A DNA stretch of 64,000 bases from an uncultured Alphaproteobacteria bacterium. GTDB lineage: Bacteria > Pseudomonadota > Alphaproteobacteria > Rhizobiales > Xanthobacteraceae. Numbering within the stretch: position 1 is the first letter of the stretch; the number at the start of each line of letters is the position of its first letter. The stretch lies in contig CAVQIP010000072.1 in assembly GCA_963712565.1 (NCBI GenBank), positions 245-64,244 on the forward strand. The letters are read 5' to 3'. Below are positions 51,953-61,719 of this stretch, piece by piece. The position numbers were made by a program, and so were the translations under genes. The notes under the pieces are model-generated. The model was given only the letters and a program-made list of their open reading frames with translations, was not told the DNA's origin and ran no database searches.

Positions 51953-53209
51953 CTACGCAGCCTTGCCGACCGAGCGGTTGACCTGCTCGCGGGCGTAGCC
52001 CGCGGTTGCGGCATAGCCGCGCACGATCGCCTTGCGCTCCTCGTAGGACAGCACGTCATCGATGTTCTTGAACCCGTCCGGCGCCCGCCCCTCGACCACG
52101 TCGATAACGCCTTCCGGTCCCCCCTTGCGGTTCATTTGCACGATCTGCGCCGTTACCGGCAGGCGTTCCTGCTCGTACTCCCAAAGCGCGTGAACGGGAT
52201 GCTCGGCCGTCCGCAGCCGATCGGCGAGGCAGCGCGCATCGAGAATGGCCTGCGAGGCCCCGTTGGAGCCCACCGGATACATCGGGTGGGCGGCATCGCC
52301 GAGCAGCGTGACCCGGCCGTGCGACCAACGCGGCAACGGATCGCGGTCGCACATCGGATACTCCCAGAACTCCTGCGTCTCCACGATCAAGGCCTGGGCG
52401 TCCAGGTAAGGCAGCTCGAAGCGTTGCAGGTGCGGCATCAATTCGTCGAACCTGCCGGGCCGCGACCAGTCCTCCTTGCGCGGCGGTTCGGTGGCGTCGG
52501 CACCGATCTTGGCGGCCACCGCCCAATTGGTCAGGCGCCGGTCGGCGCGCGCGCCTTCGGCGATCGGATAGATCACCAGCTTGGCCGCCAAGCCGCCGGC
52601 CACGATCATCGAACGTCCGGTGAGGAATACCGGCCATTCCATCGCGCCGCGCCACAGCATGATGCCGTTCCAGCGTGCCGGTCCCTCGTTGGGATAGAGC
52701 CACTCGCGCACGCATGAATTGATGCCGTCGGCGCCGACCAGCACGTCGCCATGCGCGGTATGACGGTGGGCGCCGTGGCGATCGAAGAAATAGGCGGTCA
52801 CGCCGCCTTCATCCTGCCGAAACGCACCGAGCCGATGGCCGGTGCGAACGCGCGATTCCCCCAGACGCGCGCGCACCGCGTGATAGATGACGCCCTGCAG
52901 CCGCCCGCGATGGATCGAGAATTGCGGCACGTCGTAGCCGGCATCGGTGCCGCGCGGCTCGCGCCAGATCTCCTGGCCGAAGCGATTGGTGTAGATCAGC
53001 TCGTAGGTCCTGATCGCCACCGCATCGAGCCGATCGAGCAGACCAAGTCCCGCCAGCTCCTTGATCGCATGCGGAAGCGTGTTGATGCCGACGCCGAGCT
53101 CTCGAATGCTGTCGGCCTGCTCGTAGACCTCGCAGTCGATGCCGCGCGCCTGCAGCATGAGCGCAGTGGTGAGACCACCAATTCCGCCCCCGACGATAAT
53201 GACCTTCAT
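51953..53209 (-). CDS. FAD-dependent aromatic-ring monooxygenase (salicylate/3-hydroxybenzoate hydroxylase-like)
   Basis: ORF trimmed to MKVIIVGGGIGGLTTAL (GxGxxG). The conserved segment VLVGADGINS and the FAD fingerprint LLGDAAHPMYPVGSNGA are present. Confidence 0.9.
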   Translation of the reverse strand: MKVIIVGGGIGGLTTALMLQARGIDCEVYEQADSIRELGVGINTLPHAIKELAGLGLLDRLDAVAIRTYELIYTNRFGQEIWREPRGTDAGYDVPQFSIHRGRLQGVIYHAVRARLGESRVRTGHRLGAFRQDEGGVTAYFFDRHGAHRHTAHGDVLVGADGINSCVREWLYPNEGPARWNGIMLWRGAMEWPVFLTGRSMIVAGGLAAKLVIYPIAEGARADRRLTNWAVAAKIGADATEPPRKEDWSRPGRFDELMPHLQRFELPYLDAQALIVETQEFWEYPMCDRDPLPRWSHGRVTLLGDAAHPMYPVGSNGASQAILDARCLADRLRTAEHPVHALWEYEQERLPVTAQIVQMNRKGGPEGVIDVVEGRAPDGFKNIDDVLSYEERKAIVRGYAATAGYAREQVNRSVGKAA

Positions 53210-53398
53210 GACGCTACGCCTCACACCCGGGCTTTCGTCCGACTACGCGCTCGCGACGACGCCCCTGACTTGCCCGGACCAATATCACGCCGGATCGCTC
53301 CGGAAACGATATAATGACCGGCAATATCGACTCTGCAACAGCTTCCGCCGCGGTTGGTTGACGGCCACGCTTTGCGTGCGCCCCGACCGTGCAGGAAC

Positions 53399-54196
53399 TC
53401 AGGGATGGGTGCAGCCGCCGTCCACGGTTAACGCCTGGCCGGTGACGAACGCCGAAGCATCCGAGGCGAGAAACAGCAGGGTGCCGACGAGGTCCTCCGG
53501 CACTTCCGGCCGGGGAATGCACTGCTGCGCGATGATCCGTCGCTTCTGCTCCGGCGTGACGGTTCTGCGCTCGATCTCGGTGAAGGTCGCGCCCGGCAGA
53601 ATGGAATTGACCGTAATGCCCTCTTCTCCGAGCTCGCGAGCCATGGATCTCGTCATGCCGATGAGCGCCGCCTTCGACGTGATGTAGTGCAGGTAATGCG
53701 GCCGGCCGAGCGTCACCGCGCCGGAGGCCATGTTGATGATGCGCCCCCATTTGGCACGGCGCATGGCCGGCAGCACCGTGCGCGAACATAGAAACGGACC
53801 CGTCACGTTCACGCGCAGGACCTCTTCCCATTCGTCGAGCGGAATCCGATCGAATGGACGCATGTCCAGCGTAGAGAAAATCCCCGCATTATTGACGAGG
53901 ACATCGACCCGCCGGAACCGCGCGTCGACCGCCGCCACCATGCGTTCGATCGATGCCGGGTCGGCGACATCGGTGTGAATGGCCAGCGCTTCGCCGCCCG
54001 CGGCTCCGATCTCGGCGGCGACCGCCTTGGCCTTGTCGTGGTTGCGCTCGGCGATCACCGGGATGGCGCCGGCCAGCGCCAAGGCCTTGGCGAACACCCG
54101 GCCGATGCCCTGCCCCGCCCCGGTAATGATCGCGACTCGGCCCCGCAGCGACGGAGCAACGAGCTGGCGCAGATCGGTGGCCGGCAAACCGTTCAT
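53399..54196 (-). CDS. SDR-family oxidoreductase
   Basis: ORF trimmed to MNGLPATD (ATG 54194-54196). TGAGQGIG, NNAG and the YITSK catalytic motif are present. Confidence 0.85.
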   Translation of the reverse strand: MNGLPATDLRQLVAPSLRGRVAIITGAGQGIGRVFAKALALAGAIPVIAERNHDKAKAVAAEIGAAGGEALAIHTDVADPASIERMVAAVDARFRRVDVLVNNAGIFSTLDMRPFDRIPLDEWEEVLRVNVTGPFLCSRTVLPAMRRAKWGRIINMASGAVTLGRPHYLHYITSKAALIGMTRSMARELGEEGITVNSILPGATFTEIERRTVTPEQKRRIIAQQCIPRPEVPEDLVGTLLFLASDASAFVTGQALTVDGGCTHP

Positions 54197-54203
54197 TGGC
54201 GCC

Positions 54204-55826
54204 TCATGCGGCCTGCGGCAAGGCTTCCAGCGCCGCGCGCGCATCCCAGGGCTGCCACCACGGCTCGAGCCCGAGGTCGCGGACGATGATCCCGGCGCTG
54301 ATGTAGCCGGATCCGCCCGAGATCGCGCCGCCGGGATGCGCGGCCGACCCGGCATAATACAGGTTGGAAATCGGGCTCCGATAGCCGAAGTGGTTGTACA
54401 TCACCTGTTCGGCGTTGAACGCGCCCATGAAGATATCGCCGCCACGCATATTGGAGAATTCCGCCACGTATTCACGCGCCGTATAGGCATATTTTGCGAT
54501 GACGTTCTTCGCGCTCATGTTCGGGCAGTAGCGCGCCCAGGTGTGCAGGATGCGGTCGGAGAATTCCTCCTTGAAGGCCTCGTAGTCCTGATCGCCGCTA
54601 TCCGGGGCGAGCGGCATCACGTGCCACGCGTAGCTGGTGTGTTTTCCGGGAGGCGCCTGCGTCGGATCGAGCAGGCTCAACGGACCGGAGCCGAATTGCA
54701 CGATCGAAGGCACGCGACCGGCCTGCACGTCGCGGTGCGCGGAGAACAAATCCGCCATCGTCTCCGCGCCGATGCTCCACTTGAGCGCACGATTGATGTT
54801 GGCATCGAACGCCTCCGCCGAAAAGCGCGGGCTCTCGTGCAACGCCAGATGCAGGCCGAACAGGGTCCAGGGGGTATATTGGAATGCAGCGAGCCGGCTT
54901 CGCAGCCGTTCCGGCACTTGCTCGCGGCCGATGAGTTGCTCGAACGTCTGGTGCACGTCGATGGTGCTGGCGACGAAGGAGTTCGCCCGCACGGTAGCGC
55001 CATCATCGAGCGCAATACCGGTCGCGCGGCCCGCCTCGATCATGATGCGGTCGATGCGCGCTTGCGGAAGATACCCGCCGCCGGCCGCGATGAAGGTCTC
55101 CATGAGACCGCGGGCGAGGTTGAACGAGCCGCCGCGACAAAGCTGGTAGCCGCTTTGCAGGTCGAAAGCGCGGATCACCGATCCCATCGGGCTGGTTTTC
55201 GACAGCGTGTCGGTCAGCCAGGTGCCGAACAACGATACCTTGAACAGAAACAGGAGCTTGACGTGCTCGTTCTCAAACAGCTCGTCGACCACGTCGAGCG
55301 GCTGACGCCGGGTCATGGCGAGAAAGTCGCGGCCGAGCGCGGTCTCGCCCAGTAGCGCCTCGCGCTCGGCCTGGGGCAGCGGCTCCGAATAGCGCTCCGG
55401 CAACAGGATTCGGCTGGTGATCTCCTCGGCTCGGCGGTTCCATTCACGGAATGTCGCTGCGTCCCTGCGCGAAAACCGCGCGATGTTGGCGACGGTCTCC
55501 TCGAGGTCGCGCCCCAGCACCAGCGCGGTGCCGTCGAGATGCGCCTGGCCGAACTCGTAGCGCGGCGTGATGTAGCTCACCCGCGAGCGAAGCCCCAAAT
55601 CCTTGAACCACGGCGCCTCGCTGATGTGGAAATGGTTGATCGAATGCAGGTTGTGATAAAAGCCCGGCCTGGTCACCTCGCGGGTCGAAAGCCCGCCACC
55701 ATAGGTCAGGCGGCGTTCAACCAGGAGTACCTTCAAGCCCGCCTTGGCGAGATACGAGCCCAGCACCAGGCCGTGGTGGCCGGCGCCGATGATGATGCCG
55801 TCGTAGCTGCTTTCGACCGCCTCCAC
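54204..55826 (-). CDS. NAD(P)/FAD-dependent oxidoreductase, phytoene desaturase (CrtI)-like amine-oxidase fold
   Basis: GTG start 55824-55826 follows GGAGGA. The dinucleotide motif is DGIIIGAGHHGLVLGSYLAKAG. The 540-aa length and the C-terminal AGSAAHPGGAISG block are typical. Confidence 0.8.
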   Translation of the reverse strand: MEAVESSYDGIIIGAGHHGLVLGSYLAKAGLKVLLVERRLTYGGGLSTREVTRPGFYHNLHSINHFHISEAPWFKDLGLRSRVSYITPRYEFGQAHLDGTALVLGRDLEETVANIARFSRRDAATFREWNRRAEEITSRILLPERYSEPLPQAEREALLGETALGRDFLAMTRRQPLDVVDELFENEHVKLLFLFKVSLFGTWLTDTLSKTSPMGSVIRAFDLQSGYQLCRGGSFNLARGLMETFIAAGGGYLPQARIDRIMIEAGRATGIALDDGATVRANSFVASTIDVHQTFEQLIGREQVPERLRSRLAAFQYTPWTLFGLHLALHESPRFSAEAFDANINRALKWSIGAETMADLFSAHRDVQAGRVPSIVQFGSGPLSLLDPTQAPPGKHTSYAWHVMPLAPDSGDQDYEAFKEEFSDRILHTWARYCPNMSAKNVIAKYAYTAREYVAEFSNMRGGDIFMGAFNAEQVMYNHFGYRSPISNLYYAGSAAHPGGAISGGSGYISAGIIVRDLGLEPWWQPWDARAALEALPQAA

Positions 55827-56240
55827 CCCGCTTCCTCCGATCGTTGGCGTTGATCCGCGACCTATCGGCGCAGCCTACATGATCGCGCCGCGCGGCTCAG
55901 CGGGGCCGGCTCGCCTCGGCGCCGGCGAGGCATTTTGTTGGTGCGCTTCTTCGCGGCTTTGCCGATACGTTTGTTGGCAGACGCCGTGGCCGCGTCCGGC
56001 TCCGACACGGCCGTGCCGGCAGGCCTAGCGCGCTTTTATGCTTTTGGCCATTGTTGCAACTGTGTATTCTGACCAATTGCCGGTGTCCGGATGAGATACG
56101 TTAGTATGGACCATGAGCCGAGACCTTCATTTCTGCGGGCTGCGGCGCGATCGTGATCGCCGACATCGCGCTTTGCAATATCGGGCCATGCTCGCCGCGC
56201 GGAGCCCATTCCTTCGTCACCTCAAAAAAAGGGGAAACAC

Positions 56241-57458
56241 ATGAAACGCCAGAGCGCGCTCAAAACGGCCTTGCTATCGCTCCTCTTGCTGGGAGCAACC
56301 GGACTTGCCCATGCGCAGGAGGTCAAGGTCGGCGTCGCATTGCCGTTTACCGGCATCGGCGCCGAGTTCGCCCAGCAGATCGACCGCGGCATGGACCTCT
56401 ATCTCAAGCTCAACCCCGACGCGGTCAAACCCTACTCGCTCAAGCTGATCAAGCGCGACGTCAAGAATCCGGGCGGCGCGGACGCCAAGATCGCGGTGCA
56501 GGAGCTGCTCACGCAGGACAAGGTCGATGCGCTCGGCGGCTGGGTCTATTCACCCAACGCGATCGCAACGGCGCCGATCGTCACCGCCGGCAAGAAACTC
56601 GCCGTCATCATGAATGCAGGCACGGCCTTCATCACCAACCTTGCGCCTGAATATGTGCGGACCTCGTTCAGCATGTGGCATGCCGGCTACGCCATGGGCG
56701 AGGCCGCCGCCAAGATCATGAAGGTGAAGACCGCCGTTGTCGGCTACTCCGACTTCCCGCCCGGCAAGGACAGCCTCGATGCGTTCAAGCGCGGGTTTGA
56801 GGCCAATGGCGGCAAGATTCTCGACGCGATCCCGATGGGCGGCGCCGGCGCCGTGCCCGATTTCACGCCGTTCTTCCAGCGCGCCAAGGATCACAAGCCG
56901 GACGTGTTTTTCGTCTTCGTCCCGGCCGGCGATCATGCCGCCGCGGTGGTCAAGACCTATGGCGCGCTCGGCATGCGCGCGGAGGGGATCAAGCTGATCG
57001 GACCCGGCGACATCACCCAGGACACCAAGCTGCAGGCCATGGGTCCGGCCGCGGTCGGCCTGATCACAATGCACCACTACAACGCCGATCTCGACAACCC
57101 CGAGAACAAAAAATTCGTGGCCGCCTGGAAGAAGGATTTCGGCGCCGATTCAACCCCCGACTTCATGGCGGTCGGCGGCTATGTCGGCATGGCCGCCATC
57201 GTTCATGCGGTGCAGGCGACCAAAGGCAAGATGGGCGGCGATGAGGCGGTGGCGTCGCTCAAGGGTTGGAAATTCAACAGCCCGCAGGGGCCGATCATGA
57301 TCGATCCAGCCACCCGGGACATCATCATGAACGAGTACCTGTCCGAAGTGGTGATGGGGAGCGACGGCAAGCTGCACCAGAAGGTGATCGGGCAGATCGA
57401 CAATGTGAAGGACACCTGCAAGGAGCTCAAGATCGGCCCGTGCGCCCCGAAGAATTGA
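56241..57458 (+). CDS. ABC transporter substrate-binding protein, LivJ/LivK-type (PBP1, branched-chain amino acid/aromatic acid family)
   Basis: The signal peptide is MKRQSALKTALLSLLLLGATGLAHA, followed by QEVKVGVALPFTGIGAEF, which is typical of the Leu/Ile/Val-binding fold. GGGGAAAC lies upstream. Confidence 0.85.
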   Translation: MKRQSALKTALLSLLLLGATGLAHAQEVKVGVALPFTGIGAEFAQQIDRGMDLYLKLNPDAVKPYSLKLIKRDVKNPGGADAKIAVQELLTQDKVDALGGWVYSPNAIATAPIVTAGKKLAVIMNAGTAFITNLAPEYVRTSFSMWHAGYAMGEAAAKIMKVKTAVVGYSDFPPGKDSLDAFKRGFEANGGKILDAIPMGGAGAVPDFTPFFQRAKDHKPDVFFVFVPAGDHAAAVVKTYGALGMRAEGIKLIGPGDITQDTKLQAMGPAAVGLITMHHYNADLDNPENKKFVAAWKKDFGADSTPDFMAVGGYVGMAAIVHAVQATKGKMGGDEAVASLKGWKFNSPQGPIMIDPATRDIIMNEYLSEVVMGSDGKLHQKVIGQIDNVKDTCKELKIGPCAPKN

Positions 57459-57490
57459 GCGGCGCCCGTCACGCCGGCCAATGGCGCTCA

Positions 57491-57512
57491 CCGGCTGTCA
57501 CGTCACAGCCGG
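57491..57512 (+). other. Intercistronic hairpin after the binding-protein gene (ccggctgt-cacgtc-acagccgg)
   Basis: An 8-bp perfect stem is read directly, with no T-run. The position between the SBP and permease genes fits a processing or partial-termination element. Confidence 0.35.
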
Positions 57513-57663
57513 CCTTGCCGCTGCAGGTCGGAGAGCCCCGACGTGCAGCAGGTTGATTGCGGCAGTCGGGCCGGCCCGCGTTCCGATGCCATTCGTGCCG
57601 TGCCACCTCGACAAAGCAAGGTGGGGATGCTCGGAACACGCCCAGGCATGACGAGTCGGGACC

Positions 57664-58545
57664 TTGCTCGTGATCTTCGGCGCTGACATCGTCAGCATTC
57701 TATTGGGCGGGCTGTCCGCCGGCATGGTGCTGTTCATCGTCTCCGTCGGCCTTTCCGTCACCATGGGGTTGATGGGATTCGTCAACCTCGCGCACGGCGC
57801 CTTCGCCATGCTCGGCGGCTACGTCATCGTGCTGGCGATGAACCGCGCGAATATCGGTTTCGCGCCGGCGTTGGCGATTGGCTTCATTGCTACGGCGGCG
57901 GTGAGCGTGATGTTCGAGCGCCTGCTCTATCGGCGGCTTTACCGGGCAGCCGAGCTCGACCAGGTGTTGTTCACGATCGGCCTGATCTTCGTCTTTATTG
58001 CTTCGATCACGCTCGTGATCGGACCGGAAAATCAGCCGCTCACGCTGCCGCCGGCGCTGCAAGGACAGCTCGACCTCGGCTTCATCCGATACCGCACCTA
58101 CAGCATCTTCCTGGTCGTGGTCGGGACGCTCATTGCGCTCGGGCTGTGGCTCGGATTCGAGCGCACCAGGATCGGCGCCCAGATCCGCGCCACGGTCGAC
58201 AATCGCCGCATGGCCGAATCGATCGGCATCAATGTCGATCGTCTCTTCACCCTCACGTTCGCCTTCGGCAGCGGGATGGCGGCGCTCGGCGGCGGGCTCG
58301 GCGCCGAGTTCCTCGGCCTCGATCCGCAATACGCGCTCAAGTACCTCGTGTATTTCCTGATCGTGGTCGCGGTCGGCGGACTCGGACAAGTGACCGGCGT
58401 GTTCTTCGCTTCGCTCTTGATCGGCGTGCTCGATTTCGCGCTCAAGCTCTATCTTCCCAAGGGCGGCACGCTGTTCATTTTCGCATTGACCATCCTGCTG
58501 CTGCTGTGGCGACCGCAGGGCCTGTTCGGAAAGAAGTCGACATGA
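57664..58545 (+). CDS. Branched-chain amino acid-type ABC transporter permease (LivH-like)
   Basis: This 293-aa polytopic protein has the blocks GLMGFVNLAHGAFAMLGGY and RIGAQIRATVDNRRMAESIGINV. The TTG 57664 start is uncertain (GTG 57670 is an alternative). Confidence 0.85.
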   Translation: MLVIFGADIVSILLGGLSAGMVLFIVSVGLSVTMGLMGFVNLAHGAFAMLGGYVIVLAMNRANIGFAPALAIGFIATAAVSVMFERLLYRRLYRAAELDQVLFTIGLIFVFIASITLVIGPENQPLTLPPALQGQLDLGFIRYRTYSIFLVVVGTLIALGLWLGFERTRIGAQIRATVDNRRMAESIGINVDRLFTLTFAFGSGMAALGGGLGAEFLGLDPQYALKYLVYFLIVVAVGGLGQVTGVFFASLLIGVLDFALKLYLPKGGTLFIFALTILLLLWRPQGLFGKKST

Positions 58546-59558
58546 CCGCGCTCACTCATGCCCCGGTCCAAAGTCCGGCGGCACAGGCCCTGATCGAACG
58601 CCACCGGCTGCGGATCTGGGAGCCGCTGCCCTGGATCCTCTCCATCGCCTTCTACCTCGCCTTTCCGAACTATCTCGGCTTCGGCACCGAGCTCCTGATC
58701 GCGATCCTGTTCGCGCTCTCGCTCGACCTCGTGCTCGGATATGCCGGAATCATCACGCTGGGTCACGCCGCGTTTTTCGGCGCCGGCGCCTATACGGTCG
58801 GCATGTTGGCCTATCACGGCATTTGGACCGAACCGATCACGAGCCTGCTGCTGGCCGCGCTGGCGGCGGCAGTTGTCGGCCTGCTGTCGGGCCTGGTGCT
58901 GTTGCGCACCTCCGGCCTGACGCTCCTCATGCTCACGCTCTGCACCATGGCGCTGCTGGAGGAGGCGGCGAACATGGCCCACGACTACACCGGCGGCTTC
59001 GACGGCCTTGCCAGCCTGCCGATCTCGCCGTTGTTCGGTCTATTCGAGTTCGATCCGCTGTATTCGAACACGCAGTATCTTTACGTCCTCGCCGTCCTGT
59101 TCCTCTGTTTCGTCTTCGTGCGCACCCTGGTCTATTCGCCGTTCGGACAAAGCTTGACCGGAATTCGCGAGAACACGTTGCGCATGCACGCGGTCGGCTC
59201 GCCGGTCCGCGCCCGGCTCGTCACCTGCTACACGATATCGGCGGCCATTGCCGGCATTGCCGGCGGTCTGTGGGCGCAGGCCTCCGCCTATGTCAACCTG
59301 AGCGCGCTGAGCCTCGATCGCGCGGCCGCCGTGCTCATCATTCTCATTCTGGGCGGCTATGGCCGTCTCTACGGCGCCTTCATCGGCGCCGTCGCCTATA
59401 TGGTGCTGTCCCATTTCCTGGCCAGGATCTATCCCACCGCCTGGCAACTCGGGCTTGGTCTTCTGCTCGTCGTAGTCGCGCTGTTCGCGCGCAACGGCAT
59501 TCTCGGTATCGCCGACGCGCTGCTGCGCCGCCTCGGCTTCGAGCGCAGCTCGCCATGA
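58542..59558 (+). CDS. Branched-chain amino acid-type ABC transporter permease (LivM-like)
   Basis: ATG 58542 overlaps the upstream stop (ATGA). Blocks GYAGIITLGHAAFFGAGAY and IRENTLRMHAVG are present. Confidence 0.85.
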   Translation: MTALTHAPVQSPAAQALIERHRLRIWEPLPWILSIAFYLAFPNYLGFGTELLIAILFALSLDLVLGYAGIITLGHAAFFGAGAYTVGMLAYHGIWTEPITSLLLAALAAAVVGLLSGLVLLRTSGLTLLMLTLCTMALLEEAANMAHDYTGGFDGLASLPISPLFGLFEFDPLYSNTQYLYVLAVLFLCFVFVRTLVYSPFGQSLTGIRENTLRMHAVGSPVRARLVTCYTISAAIAGIAGGLWAQASAYVNLSALSLDRAAAVLIILILGGYGRLYGAFIGAVAYMVLSHFLARIYPTAWQLGLGLLLVVVALFARNGILGIADALLRRLGFERSSP

Positions 59559-60322
59559 GCGTACCGCTGCTCGAGACCCGCAGCCTTGGCCGCAACTTCG
59601 GCGCGCTCGCGGCCGCGCGCGACATCAACTTCCGGCTCGAAGCCGGCGCCCGCCACGCCCTGATCGGTCCCAACGGCGCGGGCAAAACCACGTTCGTCAA
59701 TCTGCTCACCGGGGTGCTGCGGCCGACCACGGGCGAGGTGCTGCTCAACGGCCGCGACATCACCTCGGTCTCGCAGGCCGAACGCGTCAAGCTCGGCATT
59801 GCCCGCACCTTCCAGATCAACCGGCTGTTCCGCGGGCTATCGGTCCTGGAAAACGTCTATATCGCGGTGGCCGAACGCCTCGGCGCGGCGGCGTCGATGT
59901 TTCAACCGGCGGGCAAGCGCACGGACGTCATCGAAGAGTTGATGCAACTGTTGGAGATGCTCAAGCTTCACCACGATGCGCGCAGGCGCGTTGCCGAGCT
60001 ACCCTATGGCCGCCAGCGACTGGTCGAGCTTGCGATCACGCTCGGATTGAGGCCCGAGGTCCTGCTGCTGGATGAACCTGCCGCGGGCGTGCCGAGCGCG
60101 GAGAGCCACATCATTCTCGACGCGATCGAAACGTTGCCCGAGCACATCGGCGTGCTCATCATCGAGCACGACATGGACGTGGTATTCCGCTTTGCCGAGC
60201 GCATCACCGTCATGGTGGAGGGGGTCGTGCTGACCGAGGGGGCGCCGCGCGATATCGCAGCAGACGAGCGCGTGCGCACCGTGTATCTCGGCCAAGAGGC
60301 GCGTGGCGGGGCGGCTCCATGA
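59555..60322 (+). CDS. ABC transporter ATP-binding protein (LivG-like)
   Basis: ATG 59555 overlaps the upstream stop. Walker A GPNGAGKTT, a signature-like YGRQRLVELA and Walker B LLLDEPAAG are present. Confidence 0.9.
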   Translation: MSVPLLETRSLGRNFGALAAARDINFRLEAGARHALIGPNGAGKTTFVNLLTGVLRPTTGEVLLNGRDITSVSQAERVKLGIARTFQINRLFRGLSVLENVYIAVAERLGAAASMFQPAGKRTDVIEELMQLLEMLKLHHDARRRVAELPYGRQRLVELAITLGLRPEVLLLDEPAAGVPSAESHIILDAIETLPEHIGVLIIEHDMDVVFRFAERITVMVEGVVLTEGAPRDIAADERVRTVYLGQEARGGAAP

Positions 60323-61032
60323 CCGCGGCCCTCGCCCTCGAGCTCGACGACGTCTCCGCCGGCTACGGCGAGACCGTGGTGCTGGAAAGGGTCAAGCTCG
60401 CGCTCGCGGACGGCGAGACGCTGTCGATCATCGGCCGCAACGGCGTGGGCAAGACGACGCTGGTGGCGACGATCATGGGCCACACATCACTTCACGGCGG
60501 GCGCCTGCGCTTGCATGGCAAGGACCTCGGAACTCTCTCGACCTATCGCCGCGCCTTGGCCGGGCTCGGCTATGTACCCCAGGAGCGGGAGATTTTTCCT
60601 TCCTTGACGTCGCGGGAAAATCTCGAAATCGCCGCCCGTCCCGGGCGCTGGACGATCGAGGAAGTGTACACGCTGTTCCCGAAGCTCGCGGCGCGACAGG
60701 ACCATCGCGGCAATCAGCTGTCCGGCGGCGAGCAGCAGATGCTGGCGATCGGCCGCGCGCTGGTGGGCAATCCGTCGGTCCTGCTGATGGACGAGCCGTC
60801 CGAGGGTCTCGCGCCGGTGATCGTCGAGGAACTCGTGCGCGTGGTGAAGCACCTGGCGCAATCCGACGGTCTGACCCTGCTGCTGGTCGAGCAGAATACA
60901 CGACTGGCGCTCGACGTTTCCCCGCGTACCGTCATCATGGACCGCGGGCGCATCGTCTATGATGGAGCGAGCGACACGTTGAAGCACGACGCCGCCAAGC
61001 TCGATCGACTGATCGGATTGGCGAAGATGTGA
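60319..61032 (+). CDS. ABC transporter ATP-binding protein (LivF-like)
   Basis: ATG 60319 overlaps the upstream stop. Walker A GRNGVGKTT, signature LSGGEQQMLAIGRAL and Walker B LLMDEPSEGL are present. Confidence 0.9.
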   Translation: MTAALALELDDVSAGYGETVVLERVKLALADGETLSIIGRNGVGKTTLVATIMGHTSLHGGRLRLHGKDLGTLSTYRRALAGLGYVPQEREIFPSLTSRENLEIAARPGRWTIEEVYTLFPKLAARQDHRGNQLSGGEQQMLAIGRALVGNPSVLLMDEPSEGLAPVIVEELVRVVKHLAQSDGLTLLLVEQNTRLALDVSPRTVIMDRGRIVYDGASDTLKHDAAKLDRLIGLAKM

Positions 61033-61143
61033 ACAACTCGCGCTTCGTTGCAACAGCCGTGATGAATTCATGCTATGGCCGATGCTCATCACTTGTGATG
61101 AGGGCCAAGCCGTTCATCACGACAGATATCGAAGGAGCTTTTC

Positions 61144-61404
61144 ATGAGCGATGTTCGGATTGCGGCGGGATTCGACGCCAACTTGCCGAGCTTCGACAGG
61201 AGAATTCGGATAAGTTCCTTTCACGACGCCCAGGTTTTTGTTCGAAGATGGGCAATCAGGGACAAAGACCGCGCCATCCGTGTGCTCCTGCGTCGGATGG
61301 AAAAAGCGAATAGCTCGGAAGCGGCCAACAGCGCCATCGAAGAATTGAAGCGAGAGCTGGCCGCAAGAGGCCTATTGCCGGGCCTGGAGCCGCCGCTCCA
61401 TTGA
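61144..61404 (+). CDS. Small hypothetical protein (tentatively DUF982-like)
   Basis: A strong SD AAGGAG lies 6 nt before the ATG. This 86-aa protein has the pattern I-x-S-x2-DA-x2-F-x3-W ... A-x-EE-x6-A-x2-GLL, which is reminiscent of rhizobial DUF982 proteins. The assignment is not verified. Confidence 0.55.
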   Translation: MSDVRIAAGFDANLPSFDRRIRISSFHDAQVFVRRWAIRDKDRAIRVLLRRMEKANSSEAANSAIEELKRELAARGLLPGLEPPLH

Positions 61405-61500
61405 TCGGAGCCTTAAATCCAAGATGTCCGCGACCGCGAGCCGGCAGGAGGTCGCGGACAGCGGCTACCGTCAACTCGAGCAATCCTCATTCAACTTGAC

Positions 61501-61719
61501 TTATTCACTCGTCTTCATGCGCCAGAGTTGAAAACCGGCCAGTTTGATCGCTTCTTCAATTCTCGCCCGGGAGAACCGGTGCGGAGGGTGCTGGTCGGGC
61601 CGCAGCGACCCCGCGGCACCCCAGGGGCCGTGGTTCTCAGGGAGTTTGCTGCCAGTCGGATCTCCGGCAAATGCGCGCAAATTGGAGCTGGTTTCCGATA
61701 CGAACATATAGATCTGCAT
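61501..61719 (-). CDS. Small hypothetical protein
   Basis: A 72-aa ORF with GAGG 8 nt upstream of the ATG at 61717-61719. It has plausible codon bias. No family is recognised. Confidence 0.45.
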   Translation of the reverse strand: MQIYMFVSETSSNLRAFAGDPTGSKLPENHGPWGAAGSLRPDQHPPHRFSRARIEEAIKLAGFQLWRMKTSE

